Shown here: in pieces, positions 1 through 11,887 of the stretch
How the letters are laid out: each line of letters starts with the position of its first letter
Position numbering within the stretch: position 1 is the stretch's first letter
Assembly: GCA_965231015.1 (NCBI GenBank)
Contig: OZ246408.1
Location: 921,908-985,907, forward strand
DNA: 64,000 bases
Origin: an uncultured Gammaproteobacteria bacterium
GTDB taxonomy: Bacteria > Patescibacteriota > Patescibacteriia > UBA9934 > CAZDDW01
Direction of reading: 5' to 3'
The notes under the pieces: generated by a model
What the model was told of the DNA's origin: nothing
The model's input: only the letters and a program-made list of their open reading frames with translations
Database searches by the model: none
Position numbers and translations under genes: made by a program

Positions 1-46
1 TGTCAACCCCGTTTAAATCAGAGCTCGCACATGATATAATTGACGC

Positions 47-751
47 ATGAAAAAAATACTGTACAATCTATTTATTGTTTTAGGAGTCTTATGGACGATA
101 GGTGTCTTATCTTTTGTCTCTTATGAAGGAATAACCAATTTTGGCAAATACCAAGACAAGATCATTTCTTTTTTGCGTCAAGAATCTTCACAATCAAATG
201 GATCTTTAAAAGTATTATCAGAAGAGACTCCTGATTTAAACATCTTAGTTGATCGAGCTAATGCGAATGGACATTTTTATAGTGCATATTTTACTTCAGA
301 AGACTATACCGCATCACCCTATTCACTCGAAGAATGGAACGCCTTAGCGGAACAAAAAAATTGTCCGAATTTCATCCCGGGTGGATCAGGCTATGTGGGA
401 GATGAACCATGTCAAACTCTATATGAAGGCCAAATATTTGAACAAACCAATTTCCAATTCCTGGCTCTGAACAATTACGTTTTATACCGACCAAGAAATT
501 CAGCTAGTATGGTTATTCGCTGGCCAGAATCAAACGGAGTCGGATATGACGTTTACGAAATCCGTTTGAGCGAACAATTCAGTGACAATGAAAATAAAAA
601 AACAGTTTATATTACCCCGTATCCAATAACCAAATATTCAGCACAAAGAAACCAAGAAATTATTGACCGTCAAAAAGAAGTATTCTCTCTACTTGATTTA
701 GACCCAAACCAGGTTGATACATTCTATCCTCTTTATGAAAACGTGGATTAA
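47..751 (+). CDS. hypothetical membrane-anchored protein
   Basis: 234-aa ORF; single hydrophobic N-terminal helix (LFIVLGVLWTIGVLSFV); no recognisable motif. Confidence 0.45.
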   Translation: MKKILYNLFIVLGVLWTIGVLSFVSYEGITNFGKYQDKIISFLRQESSQSNGSLKVLSEETPDLNILVDRANANGHFYSAYFTSEDYTASPYSLEEWNALAEQKNCPNFIPGGSGYVGDEPCQTLYEGQIFEQTNFQFLALNNYVLYRPRNSASMVIRWPESNGVGYDVYEIRLSEQFSDNENKKTVYITPYPITKYSAQRNQEIIDRQKEVFSLLDLDPNQVDTFYPLYENVD

Positions 752-1169
752 AAATATATTTTTTGTCATAGGAGTACTAGGTACTATTGCTCTGATTATT
801 TCGACTGTACTTTTTTATAACTATATAAAAAGTCGAAATGAATCAGACGGCCTGGGCGATTTCGGTACACGTATATCAGCTCACTCATCGTTTTATTCAC
901 ACAGAAAATCACCAGTAGTAAAATCTACATCTTTTTCTGAAGGAGACACGGTTTGTTTAACGAGCACAACAGATTCAATAGGATCGAAAACAAATTATTA
1001 CAGAATCATCTTCCCTGATTATTCTTTTGTTGAAGGAACCATTCCAACTCAGAATGTGTGTTATGACCAACCACTCACTAAAGGGAGTCATGAAATTGTG
1101 ATCTATTTCGCCGAATCCTCAGATAGTGCATTTATACGATCCCAAACTATCACAATCGAGGTTGAATAA
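714..1169 (+). CDS. hypothetical membrane-anchored protein
   Basis: 151-aa ORF with N-terminal TM helix (IFFVIGVLGTIALIISTVLF); overlaps end of previous ORF. Confidence 0.4.
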   Translation: MIHSILFMKTWIKNIFFVIGVLGTIALIISTVLFYNYIKSRNESDGLGDFGTRISAHSSFYSHRKSPVVKSTSFSEGDTVCLTSTTDSIGSKTNYYRIIFPDYSFVEGTIPTQNVCYDQPLTKGSHEIVIYFAESSDSAFIRSQTITIEVE

Positions 1170-1211
1170 TTTTTCGTGAACACAATCGGGCAAATGTCCG
1201 TTTTTTTAGTT

Positions 1212-1245
1212 AAAATCAAAAGGGCAGACACATCAGTCCGCCCCT
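1212..1245 (-). terminator. rho-independent terminator downstream of gyrA
   Basis: imperfect hairpin gggcagac..gtccgccc followed on minus strand by ttttgatttt. Confidence 0.45.
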
Positions 1246-1260
1246 ACTTTTTATCTCCTA

Positions 1261-3837
1261 TTAAACCAGCGTTACACTCGCCACAATATCGCCCGCTTTC
1301 TTAAAACTCATTACTTTAACTCCCTGAGTAGCACGACCAAGCTTAGATACAGTCTTAAGCGCTGTGCGAATCACCTGCCCAGCCTCACTGACCACAAATA
1401 AATCCCGTTCATCCTTATCCTCTACTACATAAGCCGAGGTTATCTCACCGGTCTTGGCAGTAATATTGGCAGTTTTAATTCCACTTCCGCCACGACCCTG
1501 AACTTTATATTCTTTTAATTCAGTTCGCTTACCATAACCATTCTTCATCACAACTAATAACTGCTTATCGTCAGCGGTCACAATATCCATGCCCACAATA
1601 TGATCCTCGCCTTTGAGTTTTATCCCTCGAACCCCGGAAGCTGTTCGACCCATGGCTCGAACGTCCGATTCTTTGAAACGAATAGCTTGGCCTTTTGCTG
1701 TAGCCAAAACAACTTGATCTTTGCCGGTTGACCGCTTCACCCAAAGAAGGTTATCGCCTTCTTTAAGTTTGATAGCGACCAAACCTGAACTACGTACGTT
1801 ATCAAAATCCTTAAGTTCGGTCTTCTTGATAGTACCTTTACTGGTCACCATCACGAGATAATTAATACCTTTCATCTCATCAAGAGCGAGCGTTGCTGTG
1901 ACAGTTTCACCAGGCGACAGTTGCAAGAAGTTTACCAGTGCCTGCCCCTTGGCGGTTCGAGTTGATTCTGGAACTTCGTAAGCTTTCAGTTTGAACACCC
2001 GACCGCGAGTGGTAAAAAAGAGCAGATCCTTGTGGGTCGTGGTACTAAACACACGCTCAACAACATCCTCTTCTTTGGTCGTTAGTCCAGCCACTCCCTT
2101 TCCACCACGAGCTTGTGTACGAAAAGTTTCCGGTGGCAATCGCTTAATGTATCCCTCCTTGGTGATCATGACCACAGTCGGATTATCCGGAATCACATCT
2201 TCCATTTTAAAATCCTTCACCCCATGAGCCACTACATCTGTCCGACGTTCATCAGCATATTTTTCACGAATCTCATTAACCTCATCCTTGATAATTTGAC
2301 GCATCTTCTTTCTTGACTTCAGGATAGACTCCAATTCTTTGATAAGCTTTAACTTTTCTTTGTACTCCTGCTCCACCTTCAAGGCCTCAAGGTTAGCCAA
2401 CTGCTGTAAGCGCATCTCCAAAATTGCCACAGACTGACGTTCAGTTAACTTGAACTTTTTCATCAGGTTGGTTTTGGCCACGTCTTTATCTTTCGACTTC
2501 TTAATCGTGGCGATGATTTTATCAATTTTGAGAATTGCCAAACGCAATCCCTCCAAAATATGAGCTCGGTCCTTGGCTTTTTCTAGATCATATTCGGTTC
2601 TACGTTTAACTACTTCTTCCCGGTGCACTACATATTCTTCCAGAATTGACTTCAAATTTAAAAGCCGAGGCTGAAGTCCGCCTTCTACCAGAGCCACCAT
2701 GTTAACGTGAAAGGTGTCCTGAAGCTGGGTTTGCTGATACAACCGATTTAAAACTTTTTTCGGGAAAGCATCTTTCTTGAGCTCAATCACAATTCGCACT
2801 CCTTCCTTAGTTGACTCATCACGCAAATCCTTAATCCCATCTATCTTTTTTTCTCGCACAAGCGTAGCAATCTTTTCTAGGAGCGTAGCCTTGTTTACAA
2901 GGTACGGAATTTCGTGAACGATAATATTAAAGCCTCCTTTACGTTCCACAATCTCAGTTTTGGCCCGAGTCACAATCGGCCCTTTCCCCGTAGCGTAAGC
3001 CTGTTTGATATCATTAACATTATAAATAATTCCTCCGGTTGGAAAATCCGGCCCTTTGATAAACTCAACCAAATCATCAATGGTAGCGTCCGGGTTTTCG
3101 ATCAAGTGAGTCACCCCGTCACAAAGCTCGCCCAGGTTATGCGGTGGAATGTTGGTAGCCATACCAACCGCGATTCCTAAAGTTCCATTTAAAAGCAAGT
3201 TTGGCAGTTTGGCTGGCAAAACGGACGGCTCTTTATGACTTCCGTCAAAGTTTGGCCGCCAATCAACCGTTGCTTTTTCAATATCGAGTAACAGTTCTTC
3301 CGAAATTGTCTCGAGTTTTGACTCTGTATAACGGTAGGCGGCAGCTGAGTCACCATCGAGCGAGCCAAAGTTACCCTGTCCACGCACGAGCGGATAGCGG
3401 AAGCTGAAGTCCTGGGCCATACGTACAAGTGAATCGTACACAGCAGAGTCACCGTGCGGGTGATACTTACCAAGCACATCTCCAACAACCGTGGCACATT
3501 TCTTATACTTGGACGTTGAACGCAATCCTGTTTGCCACATGCTATACAAAATTCGTCGGTGTACCGGCTTCAACCCATCACGCACATCAGGCAATGCACG
3601 CGAAACAATCACACTCATGGCATAATCCAAATAACTGGTTTCCATCTCGCCCACGAGCGATGCTGGCTCTACCCGACCCTCAACAACACCTGTTGCTTCT
3701 TGTTCAACCAAAACTTCCGCTTCTGGTTTTTCCAAAGCCTTCTTTGCCTTCCCGGCCTTCTGGGCGTTCTTAATTGATTTTACTGGCTTCTTCAGAGCCT
3801 TCTTGGCCTTCCCGGCCTTCTCTTTCTTCTTCGGCAT
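1261..3837 (-). CDS. gyrA: DNA gyrase subunit A, with unusual Lys/Ala-rich repeated N-terminal extension
   Basis: [31 protein letters not shown]-terminal signature; C-terminal beta-pinwheel repeats; 858 aa. Confidence 0.95.
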   Translation of the reverse strand: MPKKKEKAGKAKKALKKPVKSIKNAQKAGKAKKALEKPEAEVLVEQEATGVVEGRVEPASLVGEMETSYLDYAMSVIVSRALPDVRDGLKPVHRRILYSMWQTGLRSTSKYKKCATVVGDVLGKYHPHGDSAVYDSLVRMAQDFSFRYPLVRGQGNFGSLDGDSAAAYRYTESKLETISEELLLDIEKATVDWRPNFDGSHKEPSVLPAKLPNLLLNGTLGIAVGMATNIPPHNLGELCDGVTHLIENPDATIDDLVEFIKGPDFPTGGIIYNVNDIKQAYATGKGPIVTRAKTEIVERKGGFNIIVHEIPYLVNKATLLEKIATLVREKKIDGIKDLRDESTKEGVRIVIELKKDAFPKKVLNRLYQQTQLQDTFHVNMVALVEGGLQPRLLNLKSILEEYVVHREEVVKRRTEYDLEKAKDRAHILEGLRLAILKIDKIIATIKKSKDKDVAKTNLMKKFKLTERQSVAILEMRLQQLANLEALKVEQEYKEKLKLIKELESILKSRKKMRQIIKDEVNEIREKYADERRTDVVAHGVKDFKMEDVIPDNPTVVMITKEGYIKRLPPETFRTQARGGKGVAGLTTKEEDVVERVFSTTTHKDLLFFTTRGRVFKLKAYEVPESTRTAKGQALVNFLQLSPGETVTATLALDEMKGINYLVMVTSKGTIKKTELKDFDNVRSSGLVAIKLKEGDNLLWVKRSTGKDQVVLATAKGQAIRFKESDVRAMGRTASGVRGIKLKGEDHIVGMDIVTADDKQLLVVMKNGYGKRTELKEYKVQGRGGSGIKTANITAKTGEITSAYVVEDKDERDLFVVSEAGQVIRTALKTVSKLGRATQGVKVMSFKKAGDIVASVTLV

Positions 3838-4165
3838 AATTGTCTTCTGCCTCGTTATTTATTTCATTTAACACTGCTTCGGTCAGCACAGCTCCGGCAG
3901 CAGCTTCTTGTTGATCTCGATATTCTTCACGCACCCGCTCCACAAACGCATCCTCTGCTTCTTCTTTGGTTTCTTCAACTTCCTCTAAAATAGGCACAAA
4001 CGGCTCACCAGCTTCCTGAACCGTGGCTTGAATTTTAATTCCATGTTTAATGACCGCAAAAGAACCTGCGTTTAAAACATACCAGCCACCAACCACTCCC
4101 ACCATGGCCACTCCAAACAAAACCCAGAATAACACCATCTTTTTTGGTTCACCACTTGGAATCAT
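3770..4165 (-). CDS. hypothetical acidic membrane protein
   Basis: 131 aa; TM helix near N-terminus then E-rich tail; stop overlaps gyrA start. Confidence 0.45.
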   Translation of the reverse strand: MIPSGEPKKMVLFWVLFGVAMVGVVGGWYVLNAGSFAVIKHGIKIQATVQEAGEPFVPILEEVEETKEEAEDAFVERVREEYRDQQEAAAGAVLTEAVLNEINNEAEDNYAEEEREGREGQEGSEEASKIN

Positions 4166-4167
4166 AG

Positions 4168-4836
4168 TTAAGCACGCGACAAAACAATCACTTCGGTTTC
4201 TTCTTCAGGAAGAGTTGATCGGGTGATTTTTAATTTATTTGTTTCTTCACGCTGACACACTCCAATCTCTTTGCAAAAATCCTTAATGTCAGCAAATTTT
4301 TCTTTTAAGTTTGGCACGGCATGACTCATTGGTAAAACAATCCGCGGATCAATCTGATTGATCATTTTTACTGCAGTCTTGGGACTCATCACCCGTCCAC
4401 CTCCGACCGGAATCATGAGAAGGTCCACATTCTGAAGACCGCTCAACTCTTCATCGGTTAATTCACGATTTAAGGCCCCCAAGTGAGCAATAATAATATC
4501 ATCCACCACAATACGGAAAATGGTATTTGGTTCGGCCTTACCACCCTCTTTGGCCGAAGCCAACGGGGCACTAACACCATAAACAAAAACATCCTTTACT
4601 TCATATTCACCTGGTGTGGAAACCACAAACGGTTTGCCACCCACGCTTTTTACATTGTCAGCGTCATCCGCTTTGTGTGAAGTGGTCACGATGTCCGCTT
4701 CCATGGTACGAGGAAATCTAAGTCCGGTTAAATTCTGATACGGGTCAACCACAACCCTAACCTCCCCCTTGTCCGGGCTTTTGGTTTCAATTGAAAAGCA
4801 CGATAATCCGTGCCAAGAAATGTTCATAAACATCAA
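4168..4836 (-). CDS. MBL-fold metal-dependent hydrolase (UPF0173-like)
   Basis: N-terminal ISWHGLSCFSIE and HLGALNRE motifs typical of UPF0173 beta-lactamase-fold hydrolases. Confidence 0.75.
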   Translation of the reverse strand: MMFMNISWHGLSCFSIETKSPDKGEVRVVVDPYQNLTGLRFPRTMEADIVTTSHKADDADNVKSVGGKPFVVSTPGEYEVKDVFVYGVSAPLASAKEGGKAEPNTIFRIVVDDIIIAHLGALNRELTDEELSGLQNVDLLMIPVGGGRVMSPKTAVKMINQIDPRIVLPMSHAVPNLKEKFADIKDFCKEIGVCQREETNKLKITRSTLPEEETEVIVLSRA

Positions 4837-4928
4837 AATAATTACGCATCCATTTTAGCATAAAAGCTCCTTTGAAGCAACAGAAAAACCCGTGCTATGA
4901 CGGGTCTTATTTTAGCTAAAAAATAACC

Positions 4929-5621
4929 TTATTCATCTAGTCCCAAAGTACCCTGCCAGTACTCAATTTCTTTTTTTATTGCCAGCTCATCCGGATCCTT
5001 TTCCACGATTGACCAACCTTCTTCAAAGAGACTAATTTTATCCCTGATTTCCGGAGTCCAGTGTCGGTCTTTTGGAGCCAATTGGCGCAATTCATCAATC
5101 ATTTTTTCCAGCTCAATCATATGCTTCTGCCACTTATCAAGCAATTTATCGTATTTGGTCTTATGTTCAGAAACAAAGTGTGGTAATTCGTCACGCATCT
5201 CGTGCTGGTAGTGCAGGATCCCATTCTCGATCTGATACCGCTCTTCTGCATTAAACTCAACCTCAAACATATTGCTTTTCACAATATCCTCAATCCCAAC
5301 CCCAGACTCAAACAACGGCTTAAGTTTTGCGGCAACTCCAGGCTCAACATGATTCATAATGGCCTGATTTTTCATCTCGATCCCTTCAGCTTCTAATAAA
5401 TCTTCAAGTGCGTGCCGGTGCGGATACTCTTGTTTACCAATCTTAACCAAGGCCTTATGCACATCTTGAGGTACAAGATCCTCCTTACCGGAAAGCTCGT
5501 TATATAGTTTATCGGCCTCAGTCTTTATATGGGTCAGATGTGACGGCAACCGATCTATGACCACCTTAAATTCCTTAAGCATGGCCTCTGCTTCATTGTT
5601 CATACCCCAATATTCTATCAC
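4929..5621 (-). CDS. hypothetical protein
   Basis: 230-aa ORF; helical/charged; no motif recognised. Confidence 0.45.
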   Translation of the reverse strand: MIEYWGMNNEAEAMLKEFKVVIDRLPSHLTHIKTEADKLYNELSGKEDLVPQDVHKALVKIGKQEYPHRHALEDLLEAEGIEMKNQAIMNHVEPGVAAKLKPLFESGVGIEDIVKSNMFEVEFNAEERYQIENGILHYQHEMRDELPHFVSEHKTKYDKLLDKWQKHMIELEKMIDELRQLAPKDRHWTPEIRDKISLFEEGWSIVEKDPDELAIKKEIEYWQGTLGLDE

Positions 5622-5761
5622 AAATTATGGCTCTTGACCCTTCGATAAACTCAGGATCAACCCTAAGCCAAGTCGAAGGGTTGACTAAAATAAGCCTCTT
5701 TGTTATACTCGCGTCAGCTTAAATACTTATTAATTTTTAGCCCCGCCGGCCTCAAAGTGGC

Positions 5762-6970
5762 ATGAACCCACCTAGACTGCTTGCGGAAACGTGTATGACA
5801 ACTAAAGATACCCCAACAAGTGAATTTGAAAAACTCCTGCTTGAGGGTGAATATCTAAAAAAGATCCCTAAGGTTGGCGACGTTGTAAAAGGCAACATTA
5901 TCTGTGCCAACCGACGTGAAGTTCGGATCGATATTGAAGGCGTGACCACCGGAGTAGTCCGAGGTCGCGAGCTTTTTGCTGAGTCTAGTGAATACGCCGG
6001 GTTGGAGTCCGGTGAGGAGGTCGAGGCCACAGTGATCGATCTTGAAAATGAAAACGGTGAAATGGAACTTAGTTTCCGCTTTGCCGGCCAAGCAAAGGCC
6101 TGGGAAGACCTGCGCAAGCTTTTCGTGACCGGTGAAATCGTACCGGCTCGAGTTATCGAAGCCAACAAGGGCGGACTTATCATCAAACTGAAGCACATTA
6201 CCGGCTTCATGCCCGTCTCTCAGTTGTCCCCTGACAACTATCCGCGAGTTTCCGGTGGGGATAAGCAAAAAATTCTAGAAAAACTGAAAAAGTTTGTAGG
6301 GACCGATATCGATGTTAAAGTGCTTGACGTAAACGAACAGGAAGAAAAGTTAATCGTTTCAGAAAAGGTGGTTTGGGAAGAGCGACAAAAGGGAGTTATC
6401 CAACAGTATAATGTTGGTGATCAAGTAGAAGGTGAGATCACAGCAATTGCTGACTTTGGTATCTTTGTGAAGTTTGATTCTTTGGAAGGACTGGTTCACA
6501 TTTCCGAAATTGCTTGGCAACGTATTGATCACCCAAGCGACCTTGTGAAGGTTGGTGACAAAGTCAAAGCCGAAGTGATCGGTATTGAAGGATCAAAGAT
6601 TTTTCTATCCATGAAAAAACTCATTGATGACCCTTGGAAGAACGTTGGGGACCGATACAAAGTTGGTGATGTAGTGAACGGAACCGTTCTCAAAATTAAT
6701 CCATTCGGATTCTTTGTAGAACTTGATCCGGAAATCCACGGTCTGGCTCATGTGAGCGAAATCGCTGGATCTGGAACTGAGCTAAACAGCATTGCCAAGA
6801 TCGGTGATACCTTAAAATTCAAGATTGTCTCTATTGAGCCGGAAGAACATCGCTTAGGTCTGACTCTTGATCTTAAGAAAACTGAAGAAAAAACCGATAA
6901 GCCTGTGGAAGATGAAAAGCCGGATGAGGAAAAGCCTGAAGAGGAAACCAAAAAAGAATCAACTGAATAA
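5762..6970 (+). CDS. rpsA: 30S ribosomal protein S1 (4 S1 domains); likely start at M 5798
   Basis: repeated S1-domain pattern (GDVVKG.., GDQVEGEI.., GDKVKAEV.., GDVVNGTV..) with acidic C-terminus. Confidence 0.85.
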   Translation: MNPPRLLAETCMTTKDTPTSEFEKLLLEGEYLKKIPKVGDVVKGNIICANRREVRIDIEGVTTGVVRGRELFAESSEYAGLESGEEVEATVIDLENENGEMELSFRFAGQAKAWEDLRKLFVTGEIVPARVIEANKGGLIIKLKHITGFMPVSQLSPDNYPRVSGGDKQKILEKLKKFVGTDIDVKVLDVNEQEEKLIVSEKVVWEERQKGVIQQYNVGDQVEGEITAIADFGIFVKFDSLEGLVHISEIAWQRIDHPSDLVKVGDKVKAEVIGIEGSKIFLSMKKLIDDPWKNVGDRYKVGDVVNGTVLKINPFGFFVELDPEIHGLAHVSEIAGSGTELNSIAKIGDTLKFKIVSIEPEEHRLGLTLDLKKTEEKTDKPVEDEKPDEEKPEEETKKESTE

Positions 6971-6974
6971 AACA

Positions 6975-7012
6975 CAACCGCTCGGGTCAAAACCCGGGCG
7001 GTTTTGATTTGG
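6975..7012 (+). terminator. rho-independent terminator after rpsA
   Basis: ccgctcgggtcaaaacccgggcgg hairpin followed by ttttgattt. Confidence 0.55.
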
Positions 7013-7040
7013 CCCATTTCTGGACTTAAAGCCCACCTTT

Positions 7041-7066
7041 TGTTAGAATCGCCTTATTCGGTATAA
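7041..7066 (+). promoter_or_regulatory. sigma70-like promoter for ftsH
   Basis: TTGTTA -16bp- TATAAT. Confidence 0.4.
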
Positions 7067-7163
7067 TGAAAATAAGTATCAATATTCAATTTCCAATTTT
7101 CACTGAATGATCACTTTGATAATTTTCAAACTGTAAATTCATTCGAAAATTGAGCTTTGATAC

Positions 7164-9002
7164 TTGAAAATTACTCCTATGAAACCAATTACAAAAAACA
7201 TTCTTTTATTCGTCATCACCATTGTGGTGATTGGAGCCATCCTTTCAACCTATACCCTATCCGGAGAAAAACCGGAGGAGATTGGGATTGGTACCCTTGT
7301 AGAGCGCATTCAAGACGGTGAGGTTGAACGAATCGAGGTTAAGGGAGACGAAATCAACATCACTGCCGGGGAAGATGAGCTGGTTAGCCGGAAAGAATCT
7401 GACTCATCTTTATCCGAACAACTGGTTAACTACGGTGTCACCCCTGAACAACTCGCAGGTATAACCATTGATGTTTCAAACAACGGCGGCCGCAGTTATT
7501 TTTTAGGTATTATCTTACCGAGCCTGATTCCAATTTTACTGTTGGTTATCATCTTCTGGTTCCTGATCCGACAAATGCAGGGTGCTAACGGAAAAGCCAT
7601 GCAGTTTGGACAAAGCGGAGCCAAGGAAGCTGACAAACGCGGCAAAATCACCTTTAAAGATGTTGCCGGAGTAAAAGAATCGAAAGAAGAACTCATGGAA
7701 GTGGTTGAATTTTTGCGTCATCCAAAAAAGTTTATTGAAGTCGGAGCCAAGATTCCGAAAGGCGTTTTACTTATGGGTCCTCCGGGAACCGGTAAAACCT
7801 TGCTAGGCCGAGCTGTAGCCGGTGAAGCCAAGGTTCCGTTTTATCACATTTCTGGTTCAGAATTCGTAGAAATGTTTGTAGGGGTTGGCGCTTCTCGAGT
7901 GCGAGACTTGTTCACGCAAGCCAAGAAGAACTCTCCTTGCATTGTATTCATTGATGAAATCGATGCTGTAGGACGACAGCGTGGAGCCGGACTTGGTGGA
8001 AGCCATGACGAGCGTGAACAGACACTGAACCAAATCCTGGTAGAGATGGATGGATTTGACCCACATTTGGGCGTAATTGTTATTGCTGCTACTAACCGAC
8101 CGGACGTGCTGGATCCAGCACTATTGCGACCGGGACGTTTTGACCGTCGCGTTGTGATTGACCTGCCGGACATCAACGGCCGTGAGGCAATTCTGAAAAT
8201 TCACGCCAAAAATAAACCGCTTAATAATGTCGATCTGCGTTCAGTAGCTGAAAGAACTCCTGGTTTTTCCGGAGCTGATCTTGAAAACCTATTAAATGAA
8301 GCGGCCATCTTAACGGCTCGACGCAACAAAAAGAAAATTGACCTTGATGCTGTGCTTGAATCAATCGATAAGGTATTGCTTGGACCGGAACGAAAGAGTC
8401 ACATTCTTAGCAAAAAAGAAAAAGAAATTACGGCTTACCATGAAGCGGGCCATGCTATTGTGGCTCACTTGCTTCCAAACGCCGACCCTGTACACAAAGT
8501 TTCGATCATCAGTCGAGGTCGAGCAGCCGGATACACTCTAAAGCTACCGGTAGAGGACCGTAAACTGCACAGTCGTTCAGAATTCATTGACGAACTGGCC
8601 GTGATGCTTGGCGGATACGTGATTGAAATGGATAAGTTTGGTGACGTAACCACCGGTCCGTCCAACGACCTAATGAAAGCCAGTAATCTGGCTCGGGAAA
8701 TTGTGACCCGTTATGGCATGTCTGACAAGCTTGGTCCACGCACTTATGGTGAAAATGACGAGATGGTTTTCCTTGGCAAAGAAATTCATGAAAAGATAAA
8801 TTATTCTGATGCCACGGCTCAAAAAATTGATGAAGAAGTGAATCGATTCATTGAGGAAGCTAAAGAAACAGCCCAAAAACTTTTGACGAATAATAAAGAT
8901 AAGGTAGAATTGGTAGTGAAGGAATTACTTACCAAAGAAACCTTGGAACGAGCTGATTTCGAAAAGTTGATGGAGAGTGAAAAAAATGATTCTGAGGAGT
9001 AA
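7164..9002 (+). CDS. ftsH: ATP-dependent zinc metalloprotease FtsH
   Basis: Walker [12 protein letters not shown] region, HEAGHAIV zinc-binding motif; N-terminal TM helices. Confidence 0.95.
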   Translation: MKITPMKPITKNILLFVITIVVIGAILSTYTLSGEKPEEIGIGTLVERIQDGEVERIEVKGDEINITAGEDELVSRKESDSSLSEQLVNYGVTPEQLAGITIDVSNNGGRSYFLGIILPSLIPILLLVIIFWFLIRQMQGANGKAMQFGQSGAKEADKRGKITFKDVAGVKESKEELMEVVEFLRHPKKFIEVGAKIPKGVLLMGPPGTGKTLLGRAVAGEAKVPFYHISGSEFVEMFVGVGASRVRDLFTQAKKNSPCIVFIDEIDAVGRQRGAGLGGSHDEREQTLNQILVEMDGFDPHLGVIVIAATNRPDVLDPALLRPGRFDRRVVIDLPDINGREAILKIHAKNKPLNNVDLRSVAERTPGFSGADLENLLNEAAILTARRNKKKIDLDAVLESIDKVLLGPERKSHILSKKEKEITAYHEAGHAIVAHLLPNADPVHKVSIISRGRAAGYTLKLPVEDRKLHSRSEFIDELAVMLGGYVIEMDKFGDVTTGPSNDLMKASNLAREIVTRYGMSDKLGPRTYGENDEMVFLGKEIHEKINYSDATAQKIDEEVNRFIEEAKETAQKLLTNNKDKVELVVKELLTKETLERADFEKLMESEKNDSEE

Positions 9003-9020
9003 TCAAACTAAAGGAGGACT

Positions 9021-10007
9021 ATGTCAAAAAAATGGCATGAGGCTGCGTATCGGCCCATCCTAAAAAAAGCGTGGCAGACTGTTCGCACACGTCATGAGCT
9101 CTGGTTCCTGGGCATCTTTGCCGCGGTCATGGGCACCGGGGCCGTTCTTGAAGTTGTGTTCCACGTTACGAAACCGGTTAACAGTGGATTTAGCCTACAA
9201 CAAATCTTTCTGGACAATATTATTCCCGGGTTTGATGCCTGGCGTCTCTGGTTTATCCAACTGACGGTTTTGGAACCCTGGCGAGTGGCTCTAATTGTTG
9301 CCCTAATGATAGCTGTGGTAATTGCTCTTGTCGCCATTGGTGTGTGTTCTCAACACGGACTAATCAAGGGAACCTTAAGTCGATCCCGATTAACCACCAA
9401 AGATCTCTTAGTCCTGCCTAAGAGAGCTTGCTGGAAAATATTTTTGATTGATGTGGTAACTAAAATTATGGTAGCGATTATGCTTGCCGTAACAGCTGTG
9501 CCCCTTGCCCTGATCTCTAGTAATATTTTCACGGACATTGCCGCCTCGTTTGTGGTGTTAATCATATTCATGACCATCATGATCGTTATTTCCATGGTTT
9601 CAATTCTATCCATTGCCTCGGTGTCAGACCAAGGACACGGTCTGCACGACGCTCTGATTGAAGCCTGGAGCATTTTCCGCCGTCACCCGTTAGCCACCTT
9701 TGAAACTGCTCTGGTTGTTTTCTTGATTCATATTATAGGCGGATCGGTCACTTTTCTGGTAATTATGTTGCTGTGGATTCCGTACCTGCTTGCCTACTTA
9801 GCGGCTGTTTTAACAACTACCACTGCGTTAACTGCCGTGGTCAGCCTGGTGACCGCAGGGATTATGTTGGGAGTCATTATTTTGGCCGGTGGTGTTTTAA
9901 CCGCATATCAATACGCGGTCTGGGCTCTGGTATATAAAAAATTGCGCACCAAAAAAGGTTTTATTCCCAAACTGCACCGCTTTAGAAAAACCTTTAAATT
10001 TTTCTAG
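9021..10007 (+). CDS. hypothetical polytopic membrane protein
   Basis: 328 aa with at least 6 hydrophobic segments. Confidence 0.55.
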   Translation: MSKKWHEAAYRPILKKAWQTVRTRHELWFLGIFAAVMGTGAVLEVVFHVTKPVNSGFSLQQIFLDNIIPGFDAWRLWFIQLTVLEPWRVALIVALMIAVVIALVAIGVCSQHGLIKGTLSRSRLTTKDLLVLPKRACWKIFLIDVVTKIMVAIMLAVTAVPLALISSNIFTDIAASFVVLIIFMTIMIVISMVSILSIASVSDQGHGLHDALIEAWSIFRRHPLATFETALVVFLIHIIGGSVTFLVIMLLWIPYLLAYLAAVLTTTTALTAVVSLVTAGIMLGVIILAGGVLTAYQYAVWALVYKKLRTKKGFIPKLHRFRKTFKFF

Positions 10008-10079
10008 CCACCAAGATCACAAAGCAGCTCTTAAAGAGCTGCTTTTTGGTTTTATTATTTCATGCTAGAATAAGCTCAT

Positions 10080-11843
10080 ATGGGTAATGAATTGCCATCA
10101 ATCAGCGATCTACTTAAGAACACGGGAGCCAGTGATCCAACCACTGGCAATGTTCCTGATGAAGAAGAAGCTCCCAAGCCGGCCGCGGATATGGGGACCG
10201 AGGAAAAATTCTCTGAAAAAATGCATGATATCCGTTTGGCTGAAAAGGAGCGAGAAACTAAAAAAGCGGCTGACACAGCCGGTCTTCCCTATGTTAACCT
10301 AAAGGGCTTTGCTATCAGTCCGGAAGCTTTACAGTTGCTGCCTCGCGAGCAATCTGAACAGCATCAGGCTGTTGTTTTTTTACATCTGGGTGAAGAGATT
10401 CGTTTGGGTGCTGTTGATCCAGGCTCGGAGGGGGTCAAAGATTTGGCCTTTCAGTTGGGAGAACGGAATCATGCCAATACAGCCATCTACCAAATTTCCG
10501 AGGAAAGCTATCGACTGGCCAACAAACTATACGATGCTCTTCCTAAGATAAAAAAAATAGTAAAGGGCGTACAAATTACTCCGGAAGAGTTAAAACGCTA
10601 CCGAGCCGAGATCAATAATTTCCAGGACGTGCAAAAGTTGATCACAGAAACTTCAGTCACCGACATTATGTCCGTTTTGACCGCGGCCGCATTGGAACTT
10701 GGCACCTCTGATATTCACATTGAAGCTGAAGAAAAAGGAATCATGGTGCGTTTCAGGATCGATGGTGAGTTGCAAGAGATAACTGAATTACCTAAAGACC
10801 TTTGGAAAAAATTTGTAGCCCGCATCAAACTCCTGAGCGGTTTAAAAATCAACATCACAGACAAACCACAGGATGGACGCATGACAATTTTCTTGGAAGA
10901 AGGAAAAACCGAGGTACGTGTTTCAACCCTGCCAACTACTTGGGGTGAATCCGTTGTAATGCGTATCTTAAATCCAGCTGCCACAAAAGTCGGCTTCAAT
11001 GATCTTGGTTTCCGACCTTTGGCCTATGAACGCTTGGAACGTGAAGTAGAAAAACCACATGGCATGGTCATAACTACGGGTCCAACTGGATCTGGTAAAA
11101 CCACCACGCTTTATTCGATTTTACGAAAACTAAACAAACCGGGCGTGAAGATTATCACCTTGGAAGATCCGGTTGAATATAAACTGCAAGGAATTAATCA
11201 ATCACAAATCGATCACACCAAGCATTATTCTTTTGCTGACGGATTACGCTCCATTCTTCGTCAGGATCCAGACATTGTGATGGTGGGTGAAATTCGAGAT
11301 TTAGAAACCGGTGAAACCGCTATTAATGCCGCACTGACCGGTCATTTGATGCTCTCCACGATTCACACCAATGATGCTGCCGGAGCTATTCCCCGTTTTA
11401 TTTCCATGGGAGTAAAACCGTTTTTACTTGCCCCGGCGTTAAATGCCATTATTGGTCAACGGCTGGTTAGAAAACTGTGCCCTAACTGTAAAAAACAAGC
11501 GGAATTAGATGAAGACACCAAAGAACGAGTACACAAAATTCTTTCTGAAATTCCAGAAAAGTCACAAGAAAAAATCCCTGAACTTGATAACGTTAAAATT
11601 TTCCAAGCCGCTGGTTGCGAGCAGTGCAATAACACCGGCTATAAGGGTCGGGTTGGAATTTTCGAAGTATTAGTAATGGATGATGAGCTCGAACAAGCCA
11701 CTCGAGAAGGTTCGGTGTCTGAATACCAAATGCGCGAAATTGCAAAAAATCAGGGCATGGTTACCATGGTTCAAGATGGAGTTCTGAAAGCCTTGGATGG
11801 CGTAACAAGCATTGAAGAAGTGTTCCGCGTGGCTGCTGAATAA
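10080..11843 (+). CDS. pilB: type IV pilus / type II secretion assembly ATPase (PilB/GspE family)
   Basis: Walker A GPTGSGKTTT, Asp/His boxes, tetracysteine CPNC...CEQC motif. Confidence 0.85.
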   Translation: MGNELPSISDLLKNTGASDPTTGNVPDEEEAPKPAADMGTEEKFSEKMHDIRLAEKERETKKAADTAGLPYVNLKGFAISPEALQLLPREQSEQHQAVVFLHLGEEIRLGAVDPGSEGVKDLAFQLGERNHANTAIYQISEESYRLANKLYDALPKIKKIVKGVQITPEELKRYRAEINNFQDVQKLITETSVTDIMSVLTAAALELGTSDIHIEAEEKGIMVRFRIDGELQEITELPKDLWKKFVARIKLLSGLKINITDKPQDGRMTIFLEEGKTEVRVSTLPTTWGESVVMRILNPAATKVGFNDLGFRPLAYERLEREVEKPHGMVITTGPTGSGKTTTLYSILRKLNKPGVKIITLEDPVEYKLQGINQSQIDHTKHYSFADGLRSILRQDPDIVMVGEIRDLETGETAINAALTGHLMLSTIHTNDAAGAIPRFISMGVKPFLLAPALNAIIGQRLVRKLCPNCKKQAELDEDTKERVHKILSEIPEKSQEKIPELDNVKIFQAAGCEQCNNTGYKGRVGIFEVLVMDDELEQATREGSVSEYQMREIAKNQGMVTMVQDGVLKALDGVTSIEEVFRVAAE

Positions 11844-11887
11844 AACTAGAGATCTTAATTTTTTAAAATCAGACTTAAAACCGGAGT

